Made by a program: the position numbers and the translations under genes. Positions 16,027 to 24,260 of a stretch of 32,000 nt of DNA are shown here, piece by piece; the first letter of the stretch is position 1, and every line of letters begins with the position of its first letter. The notes beneath the pieces are model-generated. The model was not told where the DNA came from. It saw only the letters and a program-made list of their open reading frames with translations, and searched no databases. Source of the DNA: an uncultured Erysipelotrichaceae bacterium (GTDB taxonomy: Bacteria > Bacillota_I > Bacilli_A > Erysipelotrichales > Erysipelotrichaceae); contig OW818668.1 in the NCBI GenBank assembly GCA_942493105.1, positions 1,680,001-1,712,000 on the forward strand. Direction: 5' to 3'.

Positions 16027-18723
16027 TTAGAGGGCCTTGACGACTGCTTGACAGCGCGGACATAATCCATCTTCAGCATGCTCTAAGGTTACATTCCAGC
16101 ATCTTGGGCAAGTCAATCCTTGTGCTAAACTGATCTTTATGGCTTGCTGAGATCCAACTTTGACTTCGATCTGCGAAACGATCAACCATTGAGCCAGATT
16201 ACTGACTTTGCGAGTCAGTTTATCATAAAGCGCTTGTGTTAGTGTTAATTCAACCTTAGCTTCCAGTGATTTACCGATGGTTTTTTCGGCTCTTGCTAAT
16301 TCCAATTGTTTGAATACTTCTGAGCGTAACTGAAGCAATTCTTGCCAAACTTCAGGTTCAGAGCTTTTGAACTTCTTGATTTCGAAATCTTGCAGATGAA
16401 CTGACTGTGTATCTGAAAGGAAATGATCCCAGATTTCTTCGCAAGTATGCGATAGAATAGGAGCCAAAACACGAGTCAAGATGTGGACGCTTTCATATAG
16501 AACTGTTTGGACAGACATCCGCGCCTTGGATGTTTTTGCATCGCAATATAAAATGTCTTTGGTGAAGTCAAGATAGTATGCAGATAATTCATTGGTCATT
16601 AGGTTGCTGACACTGGTGATGATGGATTTAAAATCATATTCTTTATAGGATTGAACAGAGTTGTTAGCAACCTCGATGACTTTAGACAGGACATATGCAT
16701 CTACTTCAGTTAGGGCATTTAGCGGGAGACAATCTTTCCAGTCGAAATCCTTCAAGTTAGCCAACATAAATCTAAAAGTATTCCTGATCTTACGATAATT
16801 TTCAGTCACTTGTTTTAATAGTTCATCTGATATTCTCACATCAGATTGATAATCAATACTGGCTGTCCATAGTCTTAAGATATCGGCACCTGATTGAGAA
16901 ACGACCTTATTGGGTTCAACGGAGTTCCCAAGCGATTTGCTCATCTTTTCGCCCTTGCCATCCAAAACGAAACCATGTGAAACAACGGCTTTATATGGGG
17001 CATGTCCATACACTGCAGTAGATACGATCAAGGAACTGTTAAACCAACCGCGATACTGATCACTGCCTTCTAAATATAAATCAACGGGTAAATTTTGACC
17101 GCGTTGTTGGATTACACCTGTATGAGATGAGCCAGAATCAAACCAAACATCCATGATGTCAGTTTCTTTTCTAAAGATATGATTTGGAGATCCAGGATGC
17201 GCAAATCCTTCAGGTAAGAGTTCTTTTGCTTCTTTTTCAAACCAAATGCTTGAACCATGGCTTCTAAATAAAGCTGCAACATGATCAAATACATGTTGAT
17301 CCATAATGACCGAATCATCTTCCGCATAAAATATAGGAATTGGAACGCCCCAAACACGCTGTCTTGAAATACACCAGTCTCCGCGATCTTTGATCATGTT
17401 GTTCATGCGAAGTTTACCCCATTCAGGCAACCATTCTACAGAATCAATTTCACTCAGTAATTTTTCTCTTATTCTTTCGATTGAAGCAAACCATTGGTTT
17501 GTTGCACGATAGATAACAGGTTTTTTGGTTCTCCAATCATGAGGGTATGGGTGAACGATGGATTCTTTAGCCAATAGATGACCCATTTCAGCAAGTTTAT
17601 CGATGATGGTTAGATTGGCTTTCTCAACGAATTGACCGACTAAAAATTCTCCAGCTTCGATCGTCATACATCCGCGATCATCCACGGGACAAAAAGCAGG
17701 CAAACTGTATTTCATGCCGACATTGAAGTCATCGACCCCATGTCCAGGTGCAGTATGGACACAGCCTGTCCCATCTTCTTCTGTGACATGAGTTCCCAAA
17801 ATAATCAGTGAAACTCGATCATAGAATGGATGCTTTGTTTCGATGAGTTCTAATTCGCTGCCTTTAAATGTTCTTAACACAGTATATGGAAGCAAGTTAA
17901 ACTTCGTCATCAACTTTTCAACCAAATCATGTCCGACTACAAGTTTACCTTTGGCAGTATCGACTAAATCATAGTTTAAATTGGGATTCAGTGATATGGC
18001 AAGATTGGCCGGAATGGTCCAAGGTGTTGTGGTCCAAATGACAAATTTATCACCCTTATCCAATACTCCTTTTCCATCTGAGACATCAAACGTAACGAAA
18101 ATCGTATCATCTTTCTTATCGTGATACTCAATTTCAGCTTCGGCTAGTGCACTTTCTGAACTTGGGCTCCAATACACAGGTTTCAGACCTTTATAGATCA
18201 TCCCATCCATTGCCATTTTCGCAAAGATCGATATTTGAGCTGCTTCAAACTCAGGCTGTAAGGTCGCATAATAATGATCATAGTCGCCGATCGTTCCTAA
18301 AGCTTTCATATCTTTCATTTGGGTTTGGATTTGTTTCTTGGCAAAATCATCACATAGATCTCTAAATTGAGCTGTGCTCAATGTTTTACGATTATGGCCT
18401 AATTTGGTGATGGCTGTCTCAATTGGTAAACCATGCGTGTCCCATCCTGGGATAAAGAAAGTTTGATAGCCCATCATAAAACGACTCTTAACAACCATAT
18501 CTTTAAGAATCTTATTTAAAGCATGTCCGATATGGATATTGCCGTTGGCATAAGGAGGCCCATCATGCAAAACAAACGTTGGTTTCCCTTCTCTTTTCTT
18601 AAGCATTGCCTCATACAGTTTGCCTTCTTCCCATCTTTTTTGAAATAAGGGTTCTTTTTGAGTTAAATTACCTCGCATTTCAAACGATGTATCCGGCATC
18701 AATAATGTGTCTTTGTATTCCAT
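16027..18723 (-). CDS. ileS: Isoleucine--tRNA ligase
   Basis: N-terminus MEYKDTLLMPDTSFEMRGNL. HIGH motif as PYANGNIHIGHALN, plus KMSKS. C-terminal zinc-binding CPRC...CPRC. Start set to the ATG at 18723, which has AAAGGA upstream. The TTG-initiated 7-codon extension was rejected. Confidence 0.97.
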   Translation of the reverse strand: MEYKDTLLMPDTSFEMRGNLTQKEPLFQKRWEEGKLYEAMLKKREGKPTFVLHDGPPYANGNIHIGHALNKILKDMVVKSRFMMGYQTFFIPGWDTHGLPIETAITKLGHNRKTLSTAQFRDLCDDFAKKQIQTQMKDMKALGTIGDYDHYYATLQPEFEAAQISIFAKMAMDGMIYKGLKPVYWSPSSESALAEAEIEYHDKKDDTIFVTFDVSDGKGVLDKGDKFVIWTTTPWTIPANLAISLNPNLNYDLVDTAKGKLVVGHDLVEKLMTKFNLLPYTVLRTFKGSELELIETKHPFYDRVSLIILGTHVTEEDGTGCVHTAPGHGVDDFNVGMKYSLPAFCPVDDRGCMTIEAGEFLVGQFVEKANLTIIDKLAEMGHLLAKESIVHPYPHDWRTKKPVIYRATNQWFASIERIREKLLSEIDSVEWLPEWGKLRMNNMIKDRGDWCISRQRVWGVPIPIFYAEDDSVIMDQHVFDHVAALFRSHGSSIWFEKEAKELLPEGFAHPGSPNHIFRKETDIMDVWFDSGSSHTGVIQQRGQNLPVDLYLEGSDQYRGWFNSSLIVSTAVYGHAPYKAVVSHGFVLDGKGEKMSKSLGNSVEPNKVVSQSGADILRLWTASIDYQSDVRISDELLKQVTENYRKIRNTFRFMLANLKDFDWKDCLPLNALTEVDAYVLSKVIEVANNSVQSYKEYDFKSIITSVSNLMTNELSAYYLDFTKDILYCDAKTSKARMSVQTVLYESVHILTRVLAPILSHTCEEIWDHFLSDTQSVHLQDFEIKKFKSSEPEVWQELLQLRSEVFKQLELARAEKTIGKSLEAKVELTLTQALYDKLTRKVSNLAQWLIVSQIEVKVGSQQAIKISLAQGLTCPRCWNVTLEHAEDGLCPRCQAVVKAL

Positions 18724-18741
18724 ATGTTTTTTCCTTTCAAA

Positions 18742-18927
18742 CAAAAAGCATCCATCTAAGGACGCTTAACGTGGTACCACCTTAGTTCACTTCTTGCGAA
18801 ATGCACTCATTGCCTTAACGCGGCATGACGATTGCCTCTACTTATCGAAGCAATGACTCACAAGGGATAACCTGACTGATTATGGGCTTCTTTACACCAT
18901 CCAGAAGCTCTCTATACCGCCTCAGTC
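18742..18927 (-). promoter_or_regulatory. T-box riboswitch leader (Ile, specifier AUC) controlling ileS
   Basis: Minus-strand RNA elements, 5' to 3':
- Stem I with the AGAGAG bay
- Specifier ...CCCAUAAUCAGUC, i.e. AUC followed by A (AUC = plus-strand 18878-18880)
- T-box sequence AAGGUGGUACCACG
- Terminator AGCGUCC-UUAGAU-GGAUGCU followed by UUUUGUUU
The 5' end of Stem I includes the divIVA stop codon. Confidence 0.88.
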
Positions 18928-19416
18928 GGCGTTGTCTTGATCTTGGTCACTATCTGATACTAAACTGATTGCGGGTATGACGGGGATAACGAAGTTGTCT
19001 AAAGCTTTTGTTAAGGCATCCAACTGATCATGCATTTCTTTCTTGATGCCTTTGGCTTCTTTAGAAATGCGGGCAATCTCAACCAATACGATTCTGGCCG
19101 TTGACAGTGCTTCTCTTACGATAGAGTCAGCATTGTTTTGGGCCGAAGCAATGACCGAATTGGCTTCTTTTAAAGCCAGTCTGGCAATATCATCTGCAGC
19201 TTTTTCACGAACACCCAATTCAGAAACCAAATTCTGATATCTTTGTTTAATTGAATTAAGTTGCTCATTGGCTTCAGACATTTGTTTACTGTACGTCTCT
19301 AATTGTTGTTTTAAGGAATCACGTTCAAAAGTTAAACGATCCAAGGTGTCGTCCACTGAGAACCGGTCATAACCGCGTTTGTTGATCCGAAATCTTGGTT
19401 TAGGTTCAGACATCAT
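18922..19416 (-). CDS. divIVA: DivIVA domain-containing cell division/polarity protein
   Basis: N-terminal F-x-x-x-x-RGYD-x-x-x-VD motif (RFRINKRGYDRFSVDD), then long coiled coil and an acidic tail. Lies between sepF and ileS as in Bacillus. Start set to the ATG at 19416, 6 nt after AAGGAG. Confidence 0.8.
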   Translation of the reverse strand: MMSEPKPRFRINKRGYDRFSVDDTLDRLTFERDSLKQQLETYSKQMSEANEQLNSIKQRYQNLVSELGVREKAADDIARLALKEANSVIASAQNNADSIVREALSTARIVLVEIARISKEAKGIKKEMHDQLDALTKALDNFVIPVIPAISLVSDSDQDQDNAD

Positions 19417-19471
19417 CACATGCTCCTTAATAAAAGTCATTATGCCATAAGTCTATGGCATTTTCAAGTCG

Positions 19472-19870
19472 CTATTCTTCTTCTTGATCCTGTTCAAAAC
19501 TGATTTTTCCATGAACTCCAATGCTTTTTGGGGTACACAAAATCACATTATGACCAATCTTTTGAATCGATCCATCTAAGGCAAATATGACCCCAGTCAA
19601 GAAGTCGATCGATCTTTGGGCATAATCGCGATTTAAGCGATGCAAATTGACCACTGCAGCCTTTTTGTCTTTGAGATAACGTGCAATATCTTCAGCTTCA
19701 TCAAATGAACGAGGTTCAAATAAAACCATCTTCGTATCAGGATTGACCTTACTGAAGGCCTTGTTTGTGGGTTGCTCATAATCACTGAATTTTTTTGCAT
19801 CTTCTTCATCTAATTCGAGATTCTCTTCAACAGGCGCTACAAAATTCTTTAATTTATCATACCATTTCAT
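19472..19870 (-). CDS. sepF: Cell division protein SepF
   Basis: 132 aa. The variable N-terminus is followed by the conserved core MVLFEPRSFDEAEDIARYLKDKKAVVNLHRL...A.R.IDFLTG..FALDG. Confidence 0.88.
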   Translation of the reverse strand: MKWYDKLKNFVAPVEENLELDEEDAKKFSDYEQPTNKAFSKVNPDTKMVLFEPRSFDEAEDIARYLKDKKAAVVNLHRLNRDYAQRSIDFLTGVIFALDGSIQKIGHNVILCTPKSIGVHGKISFEQDQEEE

Positions 19871-19890
19871 GTTTTCACCAACCTGTGTTT

Positions 19891-19917
19891 ATTATATCAC
19901 ATTGCTTATGTTGACAA
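19891..19917 (-). promoter_or_regulatory. Candidate promoter for sepF-divIVA(-ileS)
   Basis: The minus strand reads TTGTCA-15 nt-TGaTATAAT, an extended -10 box at 19891-19896. The short spacer lowers confidence. Confidence 0.5.
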
Positions 19918-19946
19918 TAAAAAAGGAGTTTCGATGAACTCCTTTT
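19915..19946 (-). terminator. Rho-independent terminator of hpf
   Basis: The minus-strand RNA forms AAAGGAGUU-CAUCGA-AACUCCUUU, a perfect 9-bp stem, followed by UUAUUGU. It begins 4 nt after the hpf stop. Confidence 0.85.
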
Positions 19947-19949
19947 GAT

Positions 19950-20486
19950 TTAGATTTTTTGAGTCTCTAGTAAGCCATAACCACCGTCTAAGCGTTTGTA
20001 GACCACTGCGATATCTTTGTGTTCCTCATCCGTATAAATGAAGAATGAGTGACCTAGCATTTCCATACGCATGATGGCTTCATCTAAACTCATCTCTTCT
20101 GCAACTACTGTTTTTGTCTTCACGACCTTTGCTTTGGGTTCATCAGCTAATGTTTGTTCATTCATCATGAAGGCTTTAGAAAGCTTTTCCCGATGTTTGC
20201 GATTGAGTCTGGTCTTTAGTTTACGCAGCTGTTCTTCCAGCTTGTCGATGGCCAAATCGATCGCGGCATAATAATCTGCATGCTCTACCTCTGCTCTGAT
20301 GATGCCAACTTTTGTCAGGATGGTGATCTCTACCTTGAGTGTGTTCGGTTTGATCTTGACCTGAACGTTGGCGTTGGTATCTTCATCAACCAAAATGAAC
20401 TTTTCTAAGAATGAAAGTTTCTTTTCGGTCTTCTGAAGCATTCCTTCGGTTATGCTTAAATTCTGACCATGGATATGAAGTTTCAT
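19950..20486 (-). CDS. hpf: Ribosome hibernation promoting factor (long form)
   Basis: Starts MKLHIHGQNLSITEGM...VEHADYYAAIDLAIDKLEEQLRK. The C-terminal dimerisation domain reads MSLDEAIMRMEMLGHSFFIY...VVYKRLDGGYGLLE. Start set to the ATG at 20486, with GGAGGAA 6 nt upstream. Confidence 0.92.
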   Translation of the reverse strand: MKLHIHGQNLSITEGMLQKTEKKLSFLEKFILVDEDTNANVQVKIKPNTLKVEITILTKVGIIRAEVEHADYYAAIDLAIDKLEEQLRKLKTRLNRKHREKLSKAFMMNEQTLADEPKAKVVKTKTVVAEEMSLDEAIMRMEMLGHSFFIYTDEEHKDIAVVYKRLDGGYGLLETQKI

Positions 20487-20507
20487 AAACACTTCCTCCT
20501 TATTTAT

Positions 20508-20536
20508 ATTATACGCTTGTAAGCATATCTTGTCAT
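20508..20536 (-). promoter_or_regulatory. Sigma-A-type promoter of hpf
   Basis: The minus strand reads ATGACA-17 nt-TATAAT, with -35 at 20531-20536 and -10 at 20508-20513. This is about 20 nt upstream of the ATG. Confidence 0.6.
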
Positions 20537-20679
20537 TTTGGAAGCATGACATTTTTGTGAATAATTAACTTAAAATATGGGAATAATTTAGCTTACTCAT
20601 TGAGAAAAAACTTGATAAAAATAAAACTAGGATTTAACTGATGATTCTTATCATCCTTACATATTCACTAACACTTCAA

Positions 20680-21657
20680 TCAATATATGGGATCATAAAA
20701 CTGCATTGCAGGTGGATTATTTAATCCTGTATCATAGTTCAAATCACGTGTAATTAAGTTGAGTGAAGCTTTTGGCTGGGTAGCATTCATTATACCTTCC
20801 AAAGCATAAAGAGCTGCCATGGCTCTGTCTTTGGCTTTTAAATACAAATCTAAAAAGCTTTCAGTAGACACCATGGTTTGATCACAAGGATGAGCCCATT
20901 GTGTATGAGCTAGGTTCAATATATCATGCTTGGTATCTGCTTCACCAATGACCATATGTCCAGTGAATTCCCATAATTTTCCAGCTGCTTTTTCAGCCAA
21001 TTGGAGTGAAGGAAACTTTAAAGTATAGGGATCATAAAGCAACTTAGCAGTAGAAGCCATCGATCTCAAACATTCCTCATAAATAGATAAAGGAATATCG
21101 ACTTCAAAGCAGTTCATTACGATCTGCTGATACATTTTCGCAATGACATTTCGTGTTTCTTTGGTTGAACCAACAAACTCAGGCATATGAATGTTTTCGA
21201 TCTTATAGCCTTTGACTTGAGTCACCATGAGTGTATCCAACATGGATTCAAATCTAAAGTGCCAATATTTGGTAGCCCCTTTTCCAATCTCACCTGTTTT
21301 TGCGAAAATATACGGATGAGCACTGGTATCCAGAGCCCAATGGGTCAAATGACCAGCCAAAAATACAGTCATGATGTTTCGTTGAGTTTCATCTTCAGTC
21401 GCTTGGATGACTTCAATGGCATTTTGATAAAAGTCATTGATTTGACTGGAATGGATTTTATTCCCGATTTCTTTGATTTTTAAAGTTGGATCAGGTTTTT
21501 CCCAAGGCAAGATCTTATAGTAAAACAAAAAATCTGGACCACTAGATCCTAAAGAATAAACCCTGGGATACTTCGCAATCAAATTAGATAATGTGGGACA
21601 ATCGATCGATTCGATCGCATCCTGGGCCAATAAGGCATGGGTAATAATGTTAGGCAT
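20680..21657 (-). CDS. Zinc-dependent phospholipase C / P1-nuclease-fold family protein (function unknown)
   Basis: 325 aa. Starts MPNIITHALLA (N-terminal metal-ligand His), with GSSGPDFLFY, KIHSSQ and FLAGHLTHWALDTSAHPYIF (His/Asp cluster) as in the Zn_dep_PLPC family. No signal peptide is evident. A GGAGGA RBS overlaps the stop of the upstream gene. Confidence 0.6.
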   Translation of the reverse strand: MPNIITHALLAQDAIESIDCPTLSNLIAKYPRVYSLGSSGPDFLFYYKILPWEKPDPTLKIKEIGNKIHSSQINDFYQNAIEVIQATEDETQRNIMTVFLAGHLTHWALDTSAHPYIFAKTGEIGKGATKYWHFRFESMLDTLMVTQVKGYKIENIHMPEFVGSTKETRNVIAKMYQQIVMNCFEVDIPLSIYEECLRSMASTAKLLYDPYTLKFPSLQLAEKAAGKLWEFTGHMVIGEADTKHDILNLAHTQWAHPCDQTMVSTESFLDLYLKAKDRAMAALYALEGIMNATQPKASLNLITRDLNYDTGLNNPPAMQFYDPIY

Positions 21658-21665
21658 GTTTCCTC

Positions 21666-23117
21666 CTAAACGATGGATTTCAGATAACCAAGGATTTCCA
21701 CCATGGCTAAGGTATCCATCTTACAGTACTTCAATAAAGCATCTTTGATGTCGTCTTCATCGTCATTGTTTTGTAGGGTCCGATAATGTTTGACAGCTTC
21801 TAAACCATGACCAATACTTAACTGTGCATAATTCAATTCCGGATTGATGACTTGTATGATGTTTTTTAAAGTGAATGAACCCTTCATGGCACTTAAGTAA
21901 ACGATACCATCTGTAAATAGGACTGCTAAATCCACCATTCTATCGATCATTTGATCGAGTTCGGCTTTATATTTTGGGAACTGGTTGCCTAACTCTTGAA
22001 GACGGATGGCTTCAGCTCCAAAGGCATTATAGGCAATGATCGAACCTTCTTTAGGAGTATTTTGAATCAAGGACTGGATAAAACGTTCTCTACAATCTCC
22101 CGATTCTAAGAACTCATAATGAGCCAAATCTTGGTCATTTAGGATATGTAATGAATATTGGAAACATAAGACATCCATGGGTTTCATACCATGATATGGA
22201 GGGATCCCATGAGTATCCCATTCAAAATCCATGAAAATCAAAGGTTGATTTAGACCGCTTAACCAATGTTTTAGAACAACTTTATCAGCAAATTGCCCAC
22301 CATTGCGATCTGCCATGATTTGAGCAAACTGAAGCGGTGTTCCTTCAAGACGATCCAGAGGCAATTGATTCAGTTTAAGCAATCCTTCATTGATAAAAGC
22401 TCGCTTGTTGGCACTTTGTGTCAAGAAGAAGACAGAATCTTGAGACAGATCAAATTGTTTCTGGAAACAAACTTCAAAGTATTCACAGCGATTAAGTGCA
22501 GGACACTGATCGATCGTCATCTTTAATTCTTCGTTGCCCATGACTTCATCCATCAGATTAAGTTCTGTGCTGAAATCCGTTTTGCGACTCAATAAGACAT
22601 CGGTAATATTTCCAGCTGATTTTCCGTTTTGGCGGATAAACTGATCTCTAAACACAAAACATTCATCGATATCGAGCTCATCCCCTCTCACATAATCTGG
22701 ATTGAAGCTCATCACACGAATCTTGTGGATCGGATAACCTAAACTTTCCAAGACATAAATATGCATTGACAAATAACGTTGATCTTCGACTTTTGCGTTC
22801 AGTGATAAAGTCGTAAAGTAAACATCAAGTCCCTCTTGAGTCAAGTGTACCAGAGGAATCTTGACGCGTAAGTTATGATGCTCAAAACGACCGTTAAGTA
22901 CGGCTTTTTTTGTTTTGAGTCCTTCAAGAACATCCTTAGGATCAATTGATCGATAGGATTCAAAGACCTCGGTCAATCCAACTTTTTTAAGCAGGATGTC
23001 CGATAAGGATTGGGTCATTTGAACAAACTTTTGAGGAGACCTTGATCCTTCTTGACGGATGTACCAAAAAAGTTTTGGGCAGAATCCGTGTTTTAAGACA
23101 TCACTGACATGATACAT
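21666..23117 (-). CDS. DUF2779 family protein: Cas4-like PD-(D/E)xK nuclease domain fused to a DEDDy-like exonuclease domain
   Basis: 483 aa. The N-terminus has GFCPKLFWY and, about 200 residues later, CPALNRCEYFEVC (one Cys plus Cx5Cx5C, as in Cas4/AddB-type Fe-S nucleases). The C-terminal half has FMDFEWD...PPYHGMKPMDVLCFQYSLH, AYNAFGAE and YCKMDTLAM (DxE / Y-x3-D exonuclease-like motifs). Its ATG overlaps the ald stop (TAATG). Confidence 0.7.
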   Translation of the reverse strand: MYHVSDVLKHGFCPKLFWYIRQEGSRSPQKFVQMTQSLSDILLKKVGLTEVFESYRSIDPKDVLEGLKTKKAVLNGRFEHHNLRVKIPLVHLTQEGLDVYFTTLSLNAKVEDQRYLSMHIYVLESLGYPIHKIRVMSFNPDYVRGDELDIDECFVFRDQFIRQNGKSAGNITDVLLSRKTDFSTELNLMDEVMGNEELKMTIDQCPALNRCEYFEVCFQKQFDLSQDSVFFLTQSANKRAFINEGLLKLNQLPLDRLEGTPLQFAQIMADRNGGQFADKVVLKHWLSGLNQPLIFMDFEWDTHGIPPYHGMKPMDVLCFQYSLHILNDQDLAHYEFLESGDCRERFIQSLIQNTPKEGSIIAYNAFGAEAIRLQELGNQFPKYKAELDQMIDRMVDLAVLFTDGIVYLSAMKGSFTLKNIIQVINPELNYAQLSIGHGLEAVKHYRTLQNNDDEDDIKDALLKYCKMDTLAMVEILGYLKSIV

Positions 23118-24226
23118 TAGCGTGCCTGATCAAATGGAGTATACGTCATATTAAAAGCAGCTGCGACAAACTCGTTGGTTAAATAACCATTGTAGGTATT
23201 GATGCCTGAAAGCAAACATTTATTCTTTAAGATGGCTTCATCCAAAGTATGATTCGAAATCAGCAATGCAAACTTCAAAGTCGCATTGGTCAAAGCCAAT
23301 GTTGAGGTATAAGGTACAGCACCTGGCATATTAGCTACACAATAATGGACGATGCCATCCACTTCATAAGTTGGATTATTGTGGGTCGTAGGATGAGTCG
23401 TTTCAAAGCAACCACCTTGATCAACAGCCACATCGACCATGACTGCTCCCTTTTTCATCAATTTCAAATCTTCACGTTTGATCAAATGAGGTGCTTTTGC
23501 CCCAGGGATCAAGACAGCACCGATAACAGCGTCGGCCTTTGAAATTTCTTCATGCAAAACGGCTGGTGTTGAATACAGAGTTTGAACCTTGCCTTCAAAC
23601 AATTGATCCAGCTCTTCAAGTCGAATCAAATTGGTATCCAAGATCGTTACTTTTGCACCCATGCCTAAAGCCATAATAGCAGCGTTGGTTCCAACAGTTC
23701 CCCCACCAACGATCACGACATAACCTTTGGTGACACCAGGAACACCGCCCAATAATACACCACGGCCTCCAAATGGCTTCTCAAGATATTTGGCTGCTTC
23801 TTGAATACTTAATCTTCCCGCAACTTCACTCATCGGTTTAAGTAGTGGTAAAGCCCCATTGACGTCGATGGTTTCATATGCAATCCCAGTGACTTTTCTT
23901 TTCATGAGTTCAAGTGTCAATTTTTCGTTGGCCGCAAGATGTAGATACGTATACAAAATCAAGCCCTCTTTCATCAAAGGATACTCTGATTCTAAAGGTT
24001 CTTTAACTTTAACGATCATATCTGACTGAGCCCAAACATCAGCTGCTTTTTCAATAATGATGGCCCCTGCATTTACATATTCTTCATCTGAAAACCCTGA
24101 ACCAGCACCTGCTTGTGTTTCAATGAGAACACTGTGACCTGATTGAAGATAACTTTTCACATGCATTGGAACCAGTCCGACTCGATACTCCTGCGCTTTG
24201 ATTTCTTTGACACATCCGACTTTCAT
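23117..24226 (-). CDS. ald: Alanine dehydrogenase
   Basis: Starts MKVGCVKEIKAQEYRVGLVP and contains the NAD-binding VVIVGGGTVGTNAA plus VDVAVDQGG. 369 aa. AAGGAG RBS. Confidence 0.95.
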   Translation of the reverse strand: MKVGCVKEIKAQEYRVGLVPMHVKSYLQSGHSVLIETQAGAGSGFSDEEYVNAGAIIIEKAADVWAQSDMIVKVKEPLESEYPLMKEGLILYTYLHLAANEKLTLELMKRKVTGIAYETIDVNGALPLLKPMSEVAGRLSIQEAAKYLEKPFGGRGVLLGGVPGVTKGYVVIVGGGTVGTNAAIMALGMGAKVTILDTNLIRLEELDQLFEGKVQTLYSTPAVLHEEISKADAVIGAVLIPGAKAPHLIKREDLKLMKKGAVMVDVAVDQGGCFETTHPTTHNNPTYEVDGIVHYCVANMPGAVPYTSTLALTNATLKFALLISNHTLDEAILKNKCLLSGINTYNGYLTNEFVAAAFNMTYTPFDQAR

Positions 24227-24260
24227 TTTTTTCTCCTTTTATTTTAAGACCTTGGGTCTA

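Noticed and set aside
20531-20588. Inverted repeat TGTCAT-N9-ATGACA overlapping the hpf -35 box, plus two GAATAATT direct repeats (20559-20566 and 20581-20588) upstream. Considered as a regulator-binding site.
   Set aside because: The motifs are short and AT-rich in an AT-rich spacer, and could easily arise by chance. No matching regulator is encoded nearby. Not enough to call.
20640-20655. Hairpin GAUGAU-AAGA-AUCAUC after the PLC-like gene. Considered as the operon terminator.
   Set aside because: The stem is only 6 AU-rich base pairs, and the U-rich run begins about 14 nt downstream. At best it is a weak terminator and is not annotated as a feature.
24227-24260. Small hairpin AGACC-CAA-GGUCU between the lactonase gene and ald.
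   Set aside because: The stem is 5 bp with a 3-nt loop and no U-tract, sitting just upstream of the ald RBS. It is unlikely to terminate transcription, though it might modestly affect translation.
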